This document shows positions 60,161 to 64,000 of a stretch of DNA of 64,000 nt, one piece after another. The position numbers were made by a program, and so were the translations under genes. Source of the stretch: Felis catus (lineage: Eukaryota); the NCBI RefSeq assembly GCF_018350175.1, contig NC_058377.1, forward strand, positions 114,204,001-114,268,000, in the 5' to 3' direction. The notes beneath the pieces were generated by a model. It searched no databases, had not been told where the DNA came from, and saw only the letters and a list, made by a program, of their open reading frames with translations. Numbering within the stretch: the stretch's first letter is position 1; the number at the start of each line of letters is the position of its first letter.

Positions 60161-60589
60161 GGTTTAAACACTTTTGCGTTTCAGACCATTGGGTTGTCGT
60201 CCTGTACGCTTAAATTGCCCCATCCTCGGCCAGGGAATCTCTTCCGGCTCGTCCACAGTCACAGTGACAGTGACCCTACCAACCTCAGCTGCAGCCCTTT
60301 GCCATGACAGAAAGGTGCAGCCCTGGAGTCCGTGTGCAGGAGCCCACCTGGCCACTGCAGGGGCACGCACGTGCGGAGGCCACGGTCTGGACATCAGGTG
60401 TGCTTTCCGCTTCTGAGCCAGTTACGTTTTCTTGGCCTTTGCAGTGGACAGAGGCAGAAAAGGTGTGAGTGTGGAGCACACGAGTTCTTACGGCTACTTC
60501 AGGTCCAGGTTCAGGGCCTCACCTCCACCTGTGTCCCCACACCACGAGGCCCTTTCTCCGCCATCCCACACCCTTGTGCCCGTCCCATG

Positions 60590-61242
60590 CCAACCACACC
60601 AACAAGAGGAACACAGAAAACAGGGACCACGCGTGTGCCGAGGAAGCGGAGGACGGACCCTCGGGCCCTGTCGGCATGAGCCGGTGCAGCTGCCGCGGAG
60701 GACAGCGTGGCGGTTCCTCCAAATACTGCAGCTAGAACGAGCGTGTGACCCCTAGTTCCTCTTCCAGGTATTTACCCAAAGAACTGAGAGCAGGGACTCG
60801 AGTGGGTATTTGCACACCCACGTTCACAACAGCTGAAACACGGAAGTGACCCCGTGTCCACTGACGGACGAGTGGGCGGACGTAGTCCGTCCGCTCCCTG
60901 GACTGTCGCTTGGCCCTGATGAGGACGGATGTTCTGCCACCTGCCACCACGTGGATGGACCCGGGGGACGTGATGCTCACGTGTGATCCACTCACACGAG
61001 GTCCCTGGAGTCTCCAGATTCCCGGAGACAGAGAGTGGACGGTGGGCGCTGGGGCTGGGGGAGAGGCTGGGGGTCCGTGTTTCACAGGGACAGAGCTTCC
61101 GTTTGGGAAGATGGAAAGTTCTAGAGATGGGGGGGTGGGGACGGCCACACAACTGTATGAACGTGCTTAGTGCCCCTGAGCTGCATGCTTAAGAGTCGGT
61201 GGAGATGGTACTTTTTAATGTGTATTTTGTCACAGTAAAAAA
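60590..61242 (+). mobile_element. L1MB2/3-like 3' end, GC-shifted
   Basis: GGTATTTACCCAAAGAACTGAGAGCAGGGACTC; GTTTGGGAAGATGGAAAGTTCTAGAGATGG; TGTATTTTGTCACAGTAAAAAA end. Confidence 0.9.
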
Positions 61243-61469
61243 GAAGATTGTTTAGAAATATTGATGTTTTTCTAGCAGTTACTTTATAAAGCCTCCAGTC
61301 CTATCCTATCATCTTTTGGCTGTTGCCCTTTGGTCCCCTCACGTGAGAAGTGAGAAACGTCATATTAGCTAGAAGCTTCTGCCCACTCCGCTTCCTCCTA
61401 TACCCCGTGATTTGGAGTGATGTCTGCTGTTCAGTTGTTGGCTCAGTGTTGGTTCTCAAGATAGAATAC

Positions 61470-61680
61470 CCTTGGTGCTCACAGGGCCGCCCCACGGACG
61501 TCCTTGTTAGCACTTCGCTTGTGTCCCAGTCTCCCGGAGAGCATGTTCACACCCACGTGCTGGCTTCACAGCAGAGCGTCCAGGCTGGTTGGGCTGCGTG
61601 GGCCTGAGAACTGGCATTTTGGGCAGGCTCCCAGGTGATGCTGCTGATGCCGGTCTGGGAGCCGCTTGAGAAGCAGTGAC
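61470..61680 (+). mobile_element. MER5A-like hAT element
   Basis: GGCATTTTGGGCAGGCTCCCAGGTGATGCTG...TTGAGAAGCAGTG end. Confidence 0.65.
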
Positions 61681-61749
61681 GTTAAGTGCAGAGAGGCCTC
61701 GTGGGTGCCGTGGGGCGTGAGCTCGTTTGCAGCTTGTCTGGAGCCTTCA

Positions 61750-61922
61750 CCCAGGTTCGTCCACCTCCACACTGTTGACGTGTGTGGCTGGGTGATTCTC
61801 GGGGGGCAGAGGGGCGGCCCTGTTGGCTGTGGGGTGTGGAGCCGCAGACCTGTCCTCTACCCACATCTTCAGATATTGCCAGATGCTCCGCAGGGCAGTA
61901 TTGCCCCCAGTTGAGAACTCAC
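61750..61922 (-). mobile_element. MER20 (hAT-Charlie), internally deleted
   Basis: CACTGTTGACG...CCTCTACCCAC...ATATTGCCAGATG...GCCCCCAGTTGAGAAC. Confidence 0.8.
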
Positions 61923-62005
61923 ACTTGAAAGACTGGATGGATGGATGGATATAAAGTCTCTGGCTCACGTTTTCTCACCTTGTGCATCTTTGAGCATACC
62001 GTAGC

Positions 62006-62302
62006 TGTCTTCACTCCGGCAGCCAGAACAGAACACCACAGGCGGGCGGCTCAGACAGCAGACCTTTAGTCTCACGCTTCTGGAGTCTGACATCAAGGTC
62101 CCGGGTGATTTGGGTGTTGGGAGGCTGGGGGGAGATGTCTTTCTCTCCTTCTAAGGGCACTAATCCCATCATGGAGCCCACCCTCACCATCTCATCTACC
62201 CCTGATCACCTCCCAGAGGCCGCATGTCCGGACATCATCCCATCAGCGGGTAGGGCCTCAGTGTAGGGATTTGGGGGCGACGCCAACATTCCGTCTGTCA
62301 CA
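62006..62302 (-). mobile_element. MLT1A-like solo LTR
   Basis: CTTCTAAGGGCACTAATCCCATCATGGAGCCCACCCTC...CACCTCCCAGAGGCC...AACATTCCGTCTGTCACA. Confidence 0.85.
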
Positions 62303-62554
62303 GCGGCCTTCTGACGTAAAGCGTTGTTGTTGGAGTCTGAAGCAAACACAGTTTCCCCTGCATGTAAGCTGGTCTTTCTGTGGAAGGAGCCTTTCCACGT
62401 TGTGAGTCTGGTGACGGGGCCGTGACGCCTCGGTGCGGGTGGCTCTGGTTCGACATGTGCCTCTTCGCCATGTGGATCCAGGTCTTTGTTCCTTTAAGTT
62501 TACCCACCGCTTTCACTAAAATGCTTCTTCTGTCTTCCTTTGTAACAATTTTTA

Positions 62555-64000
62555 GTTTTTTGAAAAATTGGTGTCTAAATTATAGACAGTATCATGCACA
62601 GGTCTTAAGCGTGCAGTTAAGTGAGTCTTGACAGATGTGAATACCCCTGTAGCTTACACCCTCAAACCCAGAAGGTTCCGTCCTGTACTTCCCAGCCACT
62701 TCTCACCATTTCCCTGCTACGCCCCCTCCCAAGACGCGACCGCTATCCTGATTTATTTGCAACAAAGATTAACTTCACCGTTTCTAGAACTTCATATAAA
62801 TGCAACTGTAGGGTGCCTATGTTCTCTTCCTGGCATTTTTTTCCCCAGTGTGATGCCTGTGAGGCTTAGCATGTGGATGTGTTTGCTTGCTGAGTGGTAT
62901 TCACTATGTGCATTTACCATAACCAACCTGTTCTCCTGTTGATGGACTTTGGGGTTGTTCCCGGTGTTTGGCTATTGCGAGCCATGCCGCTGTGAACATT
63001 CTGTGTGCCTTTATGTAGATAGATGTGTGTTTTGTTTCTCTTCGATAAATACTTAGGCACGGACTTACCGGTTCATAGCATAGATGACACATTTCACTTT
63101 ATGATGAACTGCCGACTGTTTTCTCGAGGAGCTGTGCTGTGTCCTGTTCTCACCAGCAGGGAATCAGAGTTGTGGTCGCTCTGCCTTCATATCGACCCTC
63201 GGTGGTGTTCGTGTGTTTAATTTTAGCCAGCCTGGTGGGATCTCGTTGGGAATGGATCTAACGTGCCTTTCCCTACTGACCAGTGATGCTGAGCACTTTC
63301 TTTTGTGTTTGCTACTCAGACAGCTTCCTTTGTTAAGTGTGCTGGTCTTTTGCCCTTTTTAAGCCCTGGGTCGTCTTGTTATTGAGTTGTAGCACTGCTG
63401 TGTATGGTCCGGATAGCAGTCTTTTGCCAGATACACGTTTGCGAATGTTTTCTCCCAATCTGTGGCTTGCCTGTTCTTAACGGTATTTTGAGTGGAAGGA
63501 GTGTGTTTGGCGGTGGGAGGTGGGGGGGTAATTAAATTTTGATGAAATGTGATCAACTTTTTCTTTTATCATTAATGCTTCATGTGTCCTGAGTCATTTT
63601 TGCCTGCTCTGAGTGTGGTACAGAACTCCTCCTGAGCTCTCTGTTAGAAGTGCGGTCACTCTGCTTTCGTACTTCAGTCTTCAGCTCGTGCTGAGTTGCC
63701 TGTTGTTCGTGGTGTGAGGTAGGGTTGAGGATTTTCGTTTTTGTTTTTTAATAGGTGTTTACTTTTTGCAGCAGTGTTTATTGAAAAGACTTTCCTTTTC
63801 CGTAGAATTGCCTTGACATCTTTGTTAAAGTCCAATTGACCACGTTTATTCTTTTTTTAAATATCTGTTTGTGTTGTTAGTAACACAGTTTCTTGAATAC
63901 TATAGCTTTAAAGTAAGTCTTGAAATTAGTGAGTCCCCCAACTTGATTCCTTTTCTTGCAAGAATGATTTCATTATTGTAAGCCATTTTACATTTCCATA
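62555..64000 (-). mobile_element. L1ME-type 3' end and ORF2 fragment (runs off window)
   Basis: CATGCACAGGTCTTAAGCGTGCAG, GAACTTCATATAAATG, TTTGCGAATGTTTTCTCCCAATCTGTGGCTTGCC, TTTATTGAAAAGACTTTCCTTTTCC. Confidence 0.85.

Larger units (their letters stand above)
10952..64000 (+). other. MOB2: MOB2 intron 1 (continues beyond window)
   Basis: Starts with GTGAGT. No sequence encoding KSKAKPNGKKPAAEE or later MOB2 exons found downstream; repeat-dense non-coding character. Confidence 0.75.

Noticed and set aside
10952-64000. MOB2 alternative first exon (…MVLQAVSKVLR) and exon 2
   Set aside because: Searched by eye and in the ORF track; not found. They presumably lie beyond the window.

Overview
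Mammalian genomic DNA from a felid (carnivore SINEC/Can-SINE copies with cat-type SINEC_Fc features). It is GC-rich and looks subtelomeric. The only gene I can support is the 5' end of MOB2 on the + strand: a CpG-island promoter at about 10.7-12.5 kb, a first exon encoding only MDWLMG (ATG at 10935, donor GG|GTGAGT after 10951), and an intron 1 running past the window end (>53 kb). I found no exon 2 (KSKAKPNGKK...) and no alternative MVLQAVSKVLR first exon, and no DUSP8 coding sequence. About 150 bp upstream of the core promoter motifs lies a ~2.25 kb G-rich 18-20 bp minisatellite. It separates the promoter island from a second CpG island (~7.1-8.4 kb), and most units carry an ETS-type CCGGATGT site on the - strand. 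The rest is intron or intergenic sequence with SINEC, L1, L2, MIR, MLT1 and hAT repeats, one 154-N gap, and several candidate cryptic exons, polyA sites and CTCF sites. Essentially all ORFs in the supplied track are GC-content or repeat artefacts. Repeat family names, the gene identity and motif matches come from my recall of consensus sequences, not from a database search; boundaries of old repeats are approximate.
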